Of a stretch of 42,172 nt of DNA, positions 29,278 to 37,615 are shown piece after piece; position 1 is the stretch's first letter; the number at the start of each line of letters is the position of its first letter. The position numbers and the translations under genes were made by a program. The notes under the pieces are model-generated. The model was given only the letters and a program-made list of their open reading frames with translations, was not told where the DNA came from and ran no database searches. The stretch is from Candidatus Woesearchaeota archaeon (GTDB taxonomy: Archaea > Nanobdellota > Nanobdellia > Woesearchaeales > WJIZ01), in contig JAAOYF010000015.1 in NCBI GenBank assembly GCA_018221205.1, positions 1-42,172 of the forward strand, read 5' to 3'.

Positions 29278-30100
29278 CTGATCCTACTGTCCCTGGTTCT
29301 CTCATGGTGTTCTTGACCACTTTTGTCTTGAAAAGAGACCGGTGTTTCATCTCATGCTCCATGCTGAGCTTGAAGAAGTCAAAGGCGTTGCTCAATTGGC
29401 CGCCCAGGATGACTATGTCTGGACTGAAGATGTTAACAAAATTCGAAAGCGCTATCCCAAGATATTTTCCATATTGTTCGAAGATCTTCAACGCCTGCTT
29501 GTCATTCCTCAATGCTTTCTTGTAGACATCTAACGGACCGCCATCCTTGAAACTCTTTCTGCCCAGGAACGATTCCACGCAGCCATTGCTTCCACAGCAT
29601 TTTGATGGGGGACCGTCAAATTTGATCGTAGTATGCCCGAATTCAGGGGCACCATTATTTGAGAAGAGTTCTCCGTTCAGGATGACACCTGAGCCGACAC
29701 CAGTCCCTAGAGTGAGGGTGATGATATTCTCGAATTTCTTCCCTTGCCCGAAATATTTCTGCGCAAGAGCGAAATTATCAGCATCATTGCCAAAGACAGT
29801 CTTTTTTTTGAAGACTTCTGCGAGCTCTTTCCCTAAATCAAAATTGCTCAATGGAATATTTGGGGTGAGCGTGACAAAACCTTCCCTGCTCACAATGCCG
29901 GGAATACCTATACCTATGGCCTCTATCTTCTTATCCTTGCTCAGAAGAATCCTGCCGACTTTCTCGATATTCGAGATGACTGCTTCTCTGCCCTTTTCAG
30001 GCTCAGTAGAGCACACCTCTTTTTCAAGGAGTTCCCCTTTTTTTGTGACAATACCGGCTTTAATGGATTGCCCGCCGACGTCAATTCCTAAAAATGTCAT
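29258..30100 (-). CDS. ROK family sugar kinase (glucokinase-like)
   Basis: 'GIDVGG', 'GIPG', 'NDA', 'TLGTGVGSG', 'EFGH' and a Cys cluster 'CCGSNGCVE'. Confidence 0.92.
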   Translation of the reverse strand: MTFLGIDVGGQSIKAGIVTKKGELLEKEVCSTEPEKGREAVISNIEKVGRILLSKDKKIEAIGIGIPGIVSREGFVTLTPNIPLSNFDLGKELAEVFKKKTVFGNDADNFALAQKYFGQGKKFENIITLTLGTGVGSGVILNGELFSNNGAPEFGHTTIKFDGPPSKCCGSNGCVESFLGRKSFKDGGPLDVYKKALRNDKQALKIFEQYGKYLGIALSNFVNIFSPDIVILGGQLSNAFDFFKLSMEHEMKHRSLFKTKVVKNTMREPGTVGSATLAFE

Positions 30101-30139
30101 AGTCCTTTCTGCAGGAAGGGTATTTAAAAATTTATTGTT

Positions 30140-31234
30140 TTAGAACTTCTTTATGGTCACTTGACCTTTTTTCAGGCTCAGGACGACTTCCTGATTCTCA
30201 TCTAATCCAGATATCTTGGTGACAAGCTCTGGCAGCAAGATCCTGTTTCCCCTCAGGTCTAATTGGGTGATGATACCCTGGCCTTCTGCCATATTGATGT
30301 CTTTCATGATCTCCTTAGCTTCATTCTTTGTCTTTTTCTGCCTGTGTTCTTTTGCCTTATCATGGAGAAACTTTGCGATCTTATCAGAAACGTCAATCTC
30401 TGTTGTTTCTGTTATCCCCTGCAAGCCAGGGGAGATATTAATCTCGATGACAGTAGGACCCTTTACATCCTCTAAAATATCTACAGCACATACTTCAGCA
30501 CCTATGGCTTTAGCAGCCTTCACTGCCACTTTTCTCGTGTGAGCATCGGGCATAAATGCATCTCCCATGCCTCCTGCATGGATATTGGCCCTTTTCTCTC
30601 CAATCTCAGCTGTCCTCTTCATCCCTGCAACGACTTTCTCACCGACGACAATGGCACGGATATCCACTCCGGATGTCTCGATATATTCCTGGATGAGGAA
30701 CGGCTGTTTTAAGGTATCCAGTGCATCCAGGATAGAAGATGCAGAAGCGAATGAATCAGCATACATCACCCCTTTTCCCTGGGTGCCTTGAGGAAATTTC
30801 ATGATTATCGGATAATTCACTTTTTTGAGGATCTTTCTTGCGGCCGCTATCGTCGCAGTCAAATATGTCGTAGGCATAGGGATATTATTCTGTTGGATGT
30901 CAATCTGCGTGTAGATCTTGTCATGTGCGCTGATGTAGGCCTTCGGAAGAATGGGCAGATAGGCCTTGTCCCATAATGAAGAGGCAAGTGAATTCAATAA
31001 TTGGGCGTATTTGTAGGGGCCTTTGATATAGATGCAGTCATATTTTAAGAGGACCTCTCCGTTGTAGAGAACTTCGAGCTGCTTCGATAGGTTTACCTCA
31101 ATGTTCCTTAAGTCTATCATATCGACTTCTTTGAAATGGTTCTTCATCGCTTCTGCTAACATCTCGGAGCTTTTGCTCCCTAACGAGATGATGGCAGCTC
31201 TCAGCGAGCGTTTCTCCTCATTGTCTTGTTTCAT
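30140..31234 (-). CDS. RimK-family ATP-grasp ligase with an extra C-terminal domain
   Basis: 'KFPQGTQGKGV', 'LIQEYI', 'DIRAIVVG', 'RANIHAGG' and 'EINISPG'. Confidence 0.9.
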   Translation of the reverse strand: MKQDNEEKRSLRAAIISLGSKSSEMLAEAMKNHFKEVDMIDLRNIEVNLSKQLEVLYNGEVLLKYDCIYIKGPYKYAQLLNSLASSLWDKAYLPILPKAYISAHDKIYTQIDIQQNNIPMPTTYLTATIAAARKILKKVNYPIIMKFPQGTQGKGVMYADSFASASSILDALDTLKQPFLIQEYIETSGVDIRAIVVGEKVVAGMKRTAEIGEKRANIHAGGMGDAFMPDAHTRKVAVKAAKAIGAEVCAVDILEDVKGPTVIEINISPGLQGITETTEIDVSDKIAKFLHDKAKEHRQKKTKNEAKEIMKDINMAEGQGIITQLDLRGNRILLPELVTKISGLDENQEVVLSLKKGQVTIKKF

Positions 31235-31566
31235 TCTATCATCGGATCGATTAAAAAATCTTTTTTCAATGCATTCTGCCCTATGAGGACCTTATATTTC
31301 ATATGGCTCCTGTCTGCAAGAGTGAATTCTGTGCTGAATGTCTTTTTCGCGATGGTTATTTTACACTCGATGATCGGCCTGACATGAGAGCCATGCGCTG
31401 ACCTCACTTTCTTCTGTCTCAAAATGGGCCCGAGGTGGAGCTTTTTTGCGAGAGTGCTGTCCATAGAACTTCTTGTTGCACCGGTATCTATTCTCGCCCT
31501 TATCTTATGCTTTGATGCACCATGAAGGGTGACTTCTTCAGTGAGGCCGATGATTGTCTTTGACAT
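31231..31566 (-). CDS. RimK-associated retropepsin-like putative protease
   Basis: 'ARIDTGATRSS' and 'FTLADRSHMKYKVLIG'. Translationally coupled to the RimK-like gene. Confidence 0.85.
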   Translation of the reverse strand: MSKTIIGLTEEVTLHGASKHKIRARIDTGATRSSMDSTLAKKLHLGPILRQKKVRSAHGSHVRPIIECKITIAKKTFSTEFTLADRSHMKYKVLIGQNALKKDFLIDPMIE

Positions 31567-31646
31567 GGTTGGCTTGAGTCAAGATTGCTTTATAAATGTC
31601 ACTATTTCTGGCAAACTGTTATAAATTGTCAGATAATACTTTGGCC

Positions 31647-32312
31647 ATGCAATTAGAGAATATTAAAGAGCATATTCCAGCAAAACTCTATGAGGTAATC
31701 TCCCAGAACATCGAGGAGTTAAGGCCAGCTCAGACAAAGGCCATCGAAAACGGCCTATTTGAAGGGAAGAACTTATTGATATGCACCCCTACTGCTTCTG
31801 GCAAGACCTTGATTGCAGAGATGGCCTGCATCAAGAATATCCTGGAGCGGAAGGGAAAGGCAGTGTATATCGTGCCGCTGAAAGCATTGGCAAATGAGAA
31901 GTTCAAGGAATTCAAGAAAAAATATGGTAGCTTCTTGAAGATCGCACTTTCCATAGGAGATATGGACTCGAGTGATCCCTACCTGATGGATTATGATCTC
32001 ATCTTCACCACTTCTGAAAAATTAGATTCTTTGACCAGACACCATAGCCCGTGGCTGAAATATATCAAGACAGTCATCGTGGATGAGATCCATCTGATGA
32101 ATGATCCGGGCAGAGGACCTACATTAGAAATCTTGATCACTATCCTTCGGAAATTACTGAGCAATCTGCAGATAATAGGATTAAGCGCCACTATCGGCAA
32201 TCCTGAAGAATTAGCAGAGTGGTTAGGCGCTCATTTAGTTGTTGACGATTGGCGTCCTGTGAAATTAGAACAGGGAGTGTATCTAGAAGGGAGAATAGAT
32301 TTTTCTAAGTGA
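31647..32312 (+). CDS. Ski2/Hel308-like helicase, N-terminal RecA domain only
   Basis: Q motif, PTASGKT, PLKALA, DEIH, SAT and WRPV, then stop. Motifs IV-VI are absent. Confidence 0.85.
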   Translation: MQLENIKEHIPAKLYEVISQNIEELRPAQTKAIENGLFEGKNLLICTPTASGKTLIAEMACIKNILERKGKAVYIVPLKALANEKFKEFKKKYGSFLKIALSIGDMDSSDPYLMDYDLIFTTSEKLDSLTRHHSPWLKYIKTVIVDEIHLMNDPGRGPTLEILITILRKLLSNLQIIGLSATIGNPEELAEWLGAHLVVDDWRPVKLEQGVYLEGRIDFSK

Positions 32313-32862
32313 GACCGACCGCTAACAGAATGATCGCTGTGACTGTGGCGAGGATCGCTATCAATACTAAAGGGATGGCGATGACAGCTATGGCCCTTCC
32401 TGTCGTCAATACCATGGTGTTCTTGAGTACAATGACAGTAAGGATGATCATCCAGATCCCTGTGAGGAATGTTATCAACGCGCCAAAGAGAGGAATGATA
32501 TTGAGGACAGCAAGCCACGAGATTACCCGTGCATAGGCCAATGGCTGGAACAATTCCAGGAAAGATCCTTTACCCCTGAGAAGTCTTGCGAGAAGATATA
32601 AGATGCCGGTCCAGATCAACGCGCCGACGATGCTGCCTATGGCAGAGCCAAAGAAGCTGAATGCAGAAGGCTTGACAAGCGGTGCAAGCCCAAGGGAATG
32701 CAATGCCTGCCTCTGCGTGCCGAAGAAACTTGGAATGTTCCCCAGCAAGCCAGCAATGGCGATTATGATTATGCCAAAGTGCCATGCGTTCTTCTCTTTC
32801 GAGACTTTCTTGATGGTCTTTATGTCAAATGCAAGTATCTTGAATGGTTCTATGAGTTTCAT
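32305..32862 (-). CDS. YIP1-family-like membrane protein
   Basis: About 5 TM segments with 'LARLLRGKGSF....LAYA'. Confidence 0.75.
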   Translation of the reverse strand: MKLIEPFKILAFDIKTIKKVSKEKNAWHFGIIIIAIAGLLGNIPSFFGTQRQALHSLGLAPLVKPSAFSFFGSAIGSIVGALIWTGILYLLARLLRGKGSFLELFQPLAYARVISWLAVLNIIPLFGALITFLTGIWMIILTVIVLKNTMVLTTGRAIAVIAIPLVLIAILATVTAIILLAVGLT

Positions 32863-34505
32863 GCTTCAAGCCCCAGGCTTTTCATAATCTCGTCCTTGTC
32901 GAAGGGCTTGATGTCGGAATATTCCTGCCCTGTCCCTAGATAGAGGATCGGTTTTTGGGTGACATAGGATATTGATAGGGCAGCACCGCCTTTCTCGTCT
33001 ATGTCTGCTTTCGCCAGGATGATGCCGTCAATCTCGATGGCTTCGTTGAAGCGTTCGGCCTGTTCGACGCAGTCATTGCCGGTTATGGATTCACCCACGA
33101 AAATCTTCATGTCAGGATCGGCTACCCTTATTATCTTTTTCATCTCATCGACTAGGTTGATGTTTGAATGCAATCTACCGGCTGTGTCTATCAAGACGAC
33201 ATCAGTATCCTTTGATTTTGCGTATTTGATAGCGTCAAAGGCGACGGCAGCAGGATCGGAACCATAATCATGCTTGATCATCTTCACTCCAAGCTTATCT
33301 GCATGTATCTGCAGCTGGTCTATGGCTGCTGCCCTGAAGGTGTCGGCTGCTGCCAATACCACCTTCTTATCTGCGTCGAGGAACATCTGCGTCATCTTAG
33401 CTATGGTGGTAGTCTTTCCAGAGCCGTTGATGCCGACAAAGGCGATGACATAGGGCTTTTTCTCTTCAGATTTCTTGATGAGATCTATCTTGTCAAATGT
33501 AAGGATATTTTTGATGCTGTCAGTGAGCGAGAGAATGATGGTCTGTTCAATCTTATTTCTTCTGATGGGAGTATCGACAATATCTTTTTTCAGATCTTCC
33601 TTGATTTTCTCTATCACCTGGACAGCGACGTTGTTCTCCAATAATGCGACCTCTAAATCCCAGAACATCTCGTTGAACTTATTTTCACTGATTTTTTTCG
33701 TGATGACTTTCTCCTTTATCTTAGCGAAAAAGCCTTTTTTTGGTTCTGCTTCTTTAGTTTCTTGACGCGCCTTTTCAGCAGCCCTTTCTTCTTCCTTCTT
33801 CGCTTCTTCCTCTGCAGCCTTTTGGGATTCTTCAGCTTCTCGTCTTTCTTTTTCTGCCTTCTCTGAGGCTAGTCGTTCAGATTCCTTCGCTTTTTCCGCG
33901 GCTCTCTTTGCCTCTTCTGCTTTTCTTTCTGCCTCTTTCTTCTCTTCCTCTGCTTGCTCTTTAGCTAATCGTGCCTCTTCTACCTGTTTCTCTGCTTCTG
34001 CTTTTTCTTCAGAGTCTCTCTCTTCCTCAGCTATCTTTTTCGCTTTTTCCTCGGCCTTTTTCGCTTCCTCTGCAGTTTTTTTGGCTTCAGCAGCTTTTCT
34101 TTCTGCCTCTTCTGTCTGTTTCTCTGCTGCTTTCTTTTCCTGTTCGGCTTTCTCAACAATGATCCGTTCTTCCTCGGCTTTTCGCTCGGCCTCAATGGCT
34201 TTCTGTTCTGCCTCTTTCTTCTCTTGTTCAGCCTTCTTCTCTTCCTCTGCTTTCTCTTTGGCTAGAAGCCCTTCCTTCTTTTTTTCGTCTTTTTCGACTA
34301 GCTTTTCATCATCTTCGGTAATCTCAGATTTCTTGAATATGCGTTTGAAAAATCCCTCTTTCTTCGGTTCCTCTTTCGGAGCTTCTTTTACTTCTTCAGA
34401 TTCCTCTTTGATCTCTTCCTTGACTTCCTCTTCTCCTTCCTTGTCAATCTTTTTCGAGAATGCAGCAATACTTTTTTTCAGTTTTTCTTTCAGAAACTTG
34501 AACAT
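32859..34505 (-). CDS. ftsY: Signal recognition particle receptor FtsY with a long charged N-terminus
   Basis: 'GINGSGKTTTIAK', 'DTFRAAA', 'DTAGR' and 'KGGAALS'. Confidence 0.96.
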   Translation of the reverse strand: MFKFLKEKLKKSIAAFSKKIDKEGEEEVKEEIKEESEEVKEAPKEEPKKEGFFKRIFKKSEITEDDEKLVEKDEKKKEGLLAKEKAEEEKKAEQEKKEAEQKAIEAERKAEEERIIVEKAEQEKKAAEKQTEEAERKAAEAKKTAEEAKKAEEKAKKIAEEERDSEEKAEAEKQVEEARLAKEQAEEEKKEAERKAEEAKRAAEKAKESERLASEKAEKERREAEESQKAAEEEAKKEEERAAEKARQETKEAEPKKGFFAKIKEKVITKKISENKFNEMFWDLEVALLENNVAVQVIEKIKEDLKKDIVDTPIRRNKIEQTIILSLTDSIKNILTFDKIDLIKKSEEKKPYVIAFVGINGSGKTTTIAKMTQMFLDADKKVVLAAADTFRAAAIDQLQIHADKLGVKMIKHDYGSDPAAVAFDAIKYAKSKDTDVVLIDTAGRLHSNINLVDEMKKIIRVADPDMKIFVGESITGNDCVEQAERFNEAIEIDGIILAKADIDEKGGAALSISYVTQKPILYLGTGQEYSDIKPFDKDEIMKSLGLEA

Positions 34506-34506
34506 T

Positions 34507-34905
34507 TTAGATGACTTTAAGCTCTTTCTCCAACTCAGAGGCGCGTTTCATCAGAACTTCGATGTTGGCTGTAAGCTGGGTGCGAACTTTCTCAATCTCC
34601 TTTTTTTGATTCTCGATGAGTTCCTTTGCCTGGTCAAATGTCTTGTCAACGACGATAGAACTGCCGACATTCACTCTCAATTTGTCCTCTTTCTTCAATG
34701 AGGCCTTGGCAAAGATGCCATTGTTGATCGGCACGAGAATTTCAGTCCCTTCCTCTAATGCCGAAAATTCTTCGAGACTGGCAATCGTGGCTGCGATCTC
34801 AACCATCTGCTGGTCAGCCATCTGGATCTGTTCATGGAACTGCTTCACTCTCTGATCAAGCATCTGGTACTCCATGAATTTCTTCTGCATCGCTTCTTGG
34901 TCCAT
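34507..34905 (-). CDS. pfdA: Prefoldin subunit alpha
   Basis: 'EILVPINNGIF' and 'VNVGS' flanked by coiled coils, in the usual pfdA-ftsY order. Confidence 0.93.
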   Translation of the reverse strand: MDQEAMQKKFMEYQMLDQRVKQFHEQIQMADQQMVEIAATIASLEEFSALEEGTEILVPINNGIFAKASLKKEDKLRVNVGSSIVVDKTFDQAKELIENQKKEIEKVRTQLTANIEVLMKRASELEKELKVI

Positions 34906-34906
34906 C

Positions 34907-35857
34907 TTAGATCTGTGCGTGCTTTCCCTGCACGATGATGCCCATGGGCTCGCCGTCGAAAATCGAGGTTATCAATTCGGCAATAAAGGGAGCCAATGAG
35001 ACTGTCTTAATCTTGTCTATCATATCCTTATGTGGAAGGGTATCTGTCACAATGACCTCTTTGATGTCTTTATTGGCCAATTTTTTCATCGCCTCTTTCG
35101 AAAAGATACCATGGGTCGCGCAGATATAGACCTCTTTTGCTCCCTGCTTCATCAGTTCTGTCGAGGCAGTTGAGATCGTTCCAGCCGTATCGATGATATC
35201 ATCGATGATGATGGCAGTCTTTCCCTTCACTTCTCCTATGAGGTTCATCACCTGCGATTCGCCATGAGCTATCCGTCTCTTATCGATGATGGCCATGTCG
35301 GTCTGCAATGATTTTGCCCATCTTCTCGCTCTCACTGCGCTGCCCACATCTGGTGCGACAACAACCATGTCTTTCAATTTTCTTTCTTTGATTGATTTAG
35401 CCAGAACGGGCATGGCTTCGAGATTGTCAACAGGAATATCGAAAAAACCCTGAATCTGGTCAACATGCAGGTCAAACGACACTACTCTATTGACTCCGGC
35501 TTGCTCGAGCAGGCCTGCCACCAAACGGGCAGTTATCGGTTCTCTCGAAGTGGCTTTTCTATCCTGTCTTGAATATCCATAATAAGGGATGACTGCTGTT
35601 ATCTCTTTCGCAGATGCCCTTTTCAAAGCATCGACAATGATAAGAAGCTCCATGAGGTTATCGTTGACTGGGGGAGAGGTAGGCTGGATGATGAAGACAT
35701 GGCAGCCCCTTACGGATTTCTGGATCTTCACATAGGTCTCTCCATCGTTGAAGCGTTTTATATCAACAGTAGTAAGGTCGGTGCCGAGGCTCTTTGACAC
35801 CCGTTCTGCCAATTCTCTATTTGCGGTTCCACTCAGGACTGTCAGGTGTTTATCCAT
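34907..35857 (-). CDS. prs: Ribose-phosphate pyrophosphokinase
   Basis: 'FNDGE', 'PYYGYSRQDRK', 'DLH..QIQGFF' and 'DDIIDTAGT'. Confidence 0.97.
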   Translation of the reverse strand: MDKHLTVLSGTANRELAERVSKSLGTDLTTVDIKRFNDGETYVKIQKSVRGCHVFIIQPTSPPVNDNLMELLIIVDALKRASAKEITAVIPYYGYSRQDRKATSREPITARLVAGLLEQAGVNRVVSFDLHVDQIQGFFDIPVDNLEAMPVLAKSIKERKLKDMVVVAPDVGSAVRARRWAKSLQTDMAIIDKRRIAHGESQVMNLIGEVKGKTAIIIDDIIDTAGTISTASTELMKQGAKEVYICATHGIFSKEAMKKLANKDIKEVIVTDTLPHKDMIDKIKTVSLAPFIAELITSIFDGEPMGIIVQGKHAQI

Positions 35858-35880
35858 GCTCTGAAAGAATTATAGAGGCT

Positions 35881-36639
35881 TTATATACTTTTCTCACTCT
35901 TAAGCTCTTTGTCGAGGTCTTTTTTCAGGATGATTTCTATCTCTCCGAAATGCTGATATTGGTTGATGTCAATCTTCCCCTGATTGGTGAGATGGAGCAG
36001 GGGAATGAAGGTATAGATGCGGTCTTCTTTTGATGTTGAGGGAAGTAGTTTGGTGAAGGTAAGTCTTTCTGACTTCTGGAAGAAATGCATTATCTTCTTG
36101 TAGATATCTTTGATGACCTCGCTGATGTCTTTCTTTTTTACAGGCCTCTTGATATCCATAATGGGGATATCTCTCAACACCCTCCTATGTTTCACTTCCA
36201 ATGCTTTTTCTAATGCGTTGACTAAATCATAGACAGAGACTTTTCTTTTTCTCGGCTGAGGTGTCCTTGGAATCAAGGTAGCATCCACCTGCTCCCTTTC
36301 TGGATGGTCGTCTTCCAACCCATCCAAAAGATCATCCATATCATCCTCTGCAGAGGAGAACAATGCATCTAGGTTGGCGATATCCTCTTTTATCCATTTG
36401 GTGGACTTGATTTTCAACAACAATGCCGCTGCCAACAGCACTTTGCCGCTTACCCTGAAGTCATGCTCTTTCAATGATTTGATCATCTCGATATATTTCT
36501 TTGTCAGCAAAGAAACATCGACATTCCAGGGATCCATCTGCTCTGAATTGACCAGATCATAGATGATAGTCTGCCAGGTAATCTTATTCTTGTCCAGGAT
36601 GATATCCAGGATCTGCTCATGATGCTTCTTCTCTGTCAT
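35881..36639 (-). CDS. scpA: Segregation and condensation protein A (kleisin)
   Basis: 'MDPWNVDVSLL', 'SGKVLLAAALLLKIKS' and 'FIPLLHL......Q.QHFGEI'. Confidence 0.92.
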   Translation of the reverse strand: MTEKKHHEQILDIILDKNKITWQTIIYDLVNSEQMDPWNVDVSLLTKKYIEMIKSLKEHDFRVSGKVLLAAALLLKIKSTKWIKEDIANLDALFSSAEDDMDDLLDGLEDDHPEREQVDATLIPRTPQPRKRKVSVYDLVNALEKALEVKHRRVLRDIPIMDIKRPVKKKDISEVIKDIYKKIMHFFQKSERLTFTKLLPSTSKEDRIYTFIPLLHLTNQGKIDINQYQHFGEIEIILKKDLDKELKSEKSI

Positions 36640-36718
36640 ATGTCTCTTTCTGCACGAGTTGTATATAAAATTAATGTTCAGTTAAATTTTTAAACGGCTT
36701 TAGACTCAGAAAGGTTAT

Positions 36719-36834
36719 GGGCCCATAGTTCAGTGGCTAGAACGTCTCCCTTACAAGGCAGCGGAAATCAGATTTCCTGGTCTTTCGTTGTTGACGAAAG
36801 GAGAAGGTCACCGGTTCGAGTCCGGTTGGGCCCA
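36719..36834 (+). tRNA. tRNA-Val(UAC) with a 43-nt intron (nominally 36756-36798, position 37/38)
   Basis: GGGCCCA/TGGGCCC acceptor, GTTC/GAAC D stem, TCTCC-CT-TAC-A[intron]A-GGAGA, and ACCGG-TTCGAGT-CCGGT T arm. TTTTAAA box upstream. Confidence 0.9.
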
Positions 36835-36835
36835 T

Positions 36836-37020
36836 GAGATTTTTGCCCGCTCCCTGCGGTCATGTCAGAAATGCAAAGCATTTCTGATCACCATCAAGAA
36901 TCTCCGATTCTTGAGGCTTAAAAATCTCGTAATCCTGGAAATCGAAGATTTCCGGGAACTTGGAAATCTACTATTTCCAAGTAAAGCGGGCGACATTCGC
37001 ACCTTTGGTGCTCAGTCCCC
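36836..37020. repeat. Modular palindromic element, copy 1, immediately 3' of tRNA-Val
   Basis: Backbone GAGATTTTTGCCCGCTCCCTGCGGTC / GCTTAAAAATCTCGTAA / AAAGCG..TTCGC..GCTCA is shared with the tRNA-Gly(CCC) intron. Interrupted by two double-hairpin inserts. Confidence 0.85.
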
Positions 37021-37034
37021 CGGAACAGTTTACC

Positions 37035-37457
37035 ATGTACAAACGCACACAAATAGGCTATCTCATCCTTTTCAGCTTTCTTATCACTATTGCGCTTATC
37101 TTTTATCTCTCCTCTCAAGAAGAAGCACCTGTTGAGTGGTTGGTGGGTTTTTTCTTCCTCTTAATCCCACTCTTCTCTACACTTACGGTTTCAGTCACTG
37201 ATCGCATCACTGTCAGATTTGGCATAGGCCTTATCAGGAAGAATTTTGTTCTCGAGGATATTGTCAGCTGCAAGCAAGTCCGGAACAGATGGTGGTATGG
37301 CTGGGGAATCAGATATTTTGGGAGAGGATGGCTGTATAATATCCACGGATTAGACGCTGTTGAGCTGCAGTTCAAGAATGGGAAAGTAGCGCGTATCGGC
37401 ACAGCTGAGCCTGATAAATTATGCAACGCAATCAAGATGAGGCTGCGTTCTCCATAA
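37035..37457 (+). CDS. Hypothetical membrane protein (2 TM plus PH-like domain)
   Basis: Start MYKRTQIG, with 'WWYGWGIR', 'LYNIHG..AVEL' and 'IGT.EP..L'. Confidence 0.75.
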   Translation: MYKRTQIGYLILFSFLITIALIFYLSSQEEAPVEWLVGFFFLLIPLFSTLTVSVTDRITVRFGIGLIRKNFVLEDIVSCKQVRNRWWYGWGIRYFGRGWLYNIHGLDAVELQFKNGKVARIGTAEPDKLCNAIKMRLRSP

Positions 37458-37492
37458 TATTTAAATATCAACCCCCTACTCAATCAAGCCAT

Positions 37493-37578
37493 GCGGTAGT
37501 AGTATAGTGGTTAGTATACGACGTTGCCATGCTTCGCGCAAAGACGTTGTGACCTGGGTTCAAATCCCAGCTGCCGCA
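37493..37578 (+). tRNA. tRNA-Gly(GCC) with a 14-nt intron at 37530-37543 (37/38)
   Basis: Cloverleaf with CGACG-TT-GCC-A[TGCTTCGCGCAAAG]A-CGTTG. Central BHB helix UUGC/GCAA. TTTAAATA box upstream. Confidence 0.95.
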
Positions 37579-37615
37579 TATATTTTTTATAGTTGGTTCT
37601 TTTACCTTGTTTTAT

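Noticed and set aside
36836..37020. Possible CRISPR array in the hairpin-rich region
   Set aside because: There are no regularly spaced identical direct repeats with unique spacers, and no cas genes in the window.
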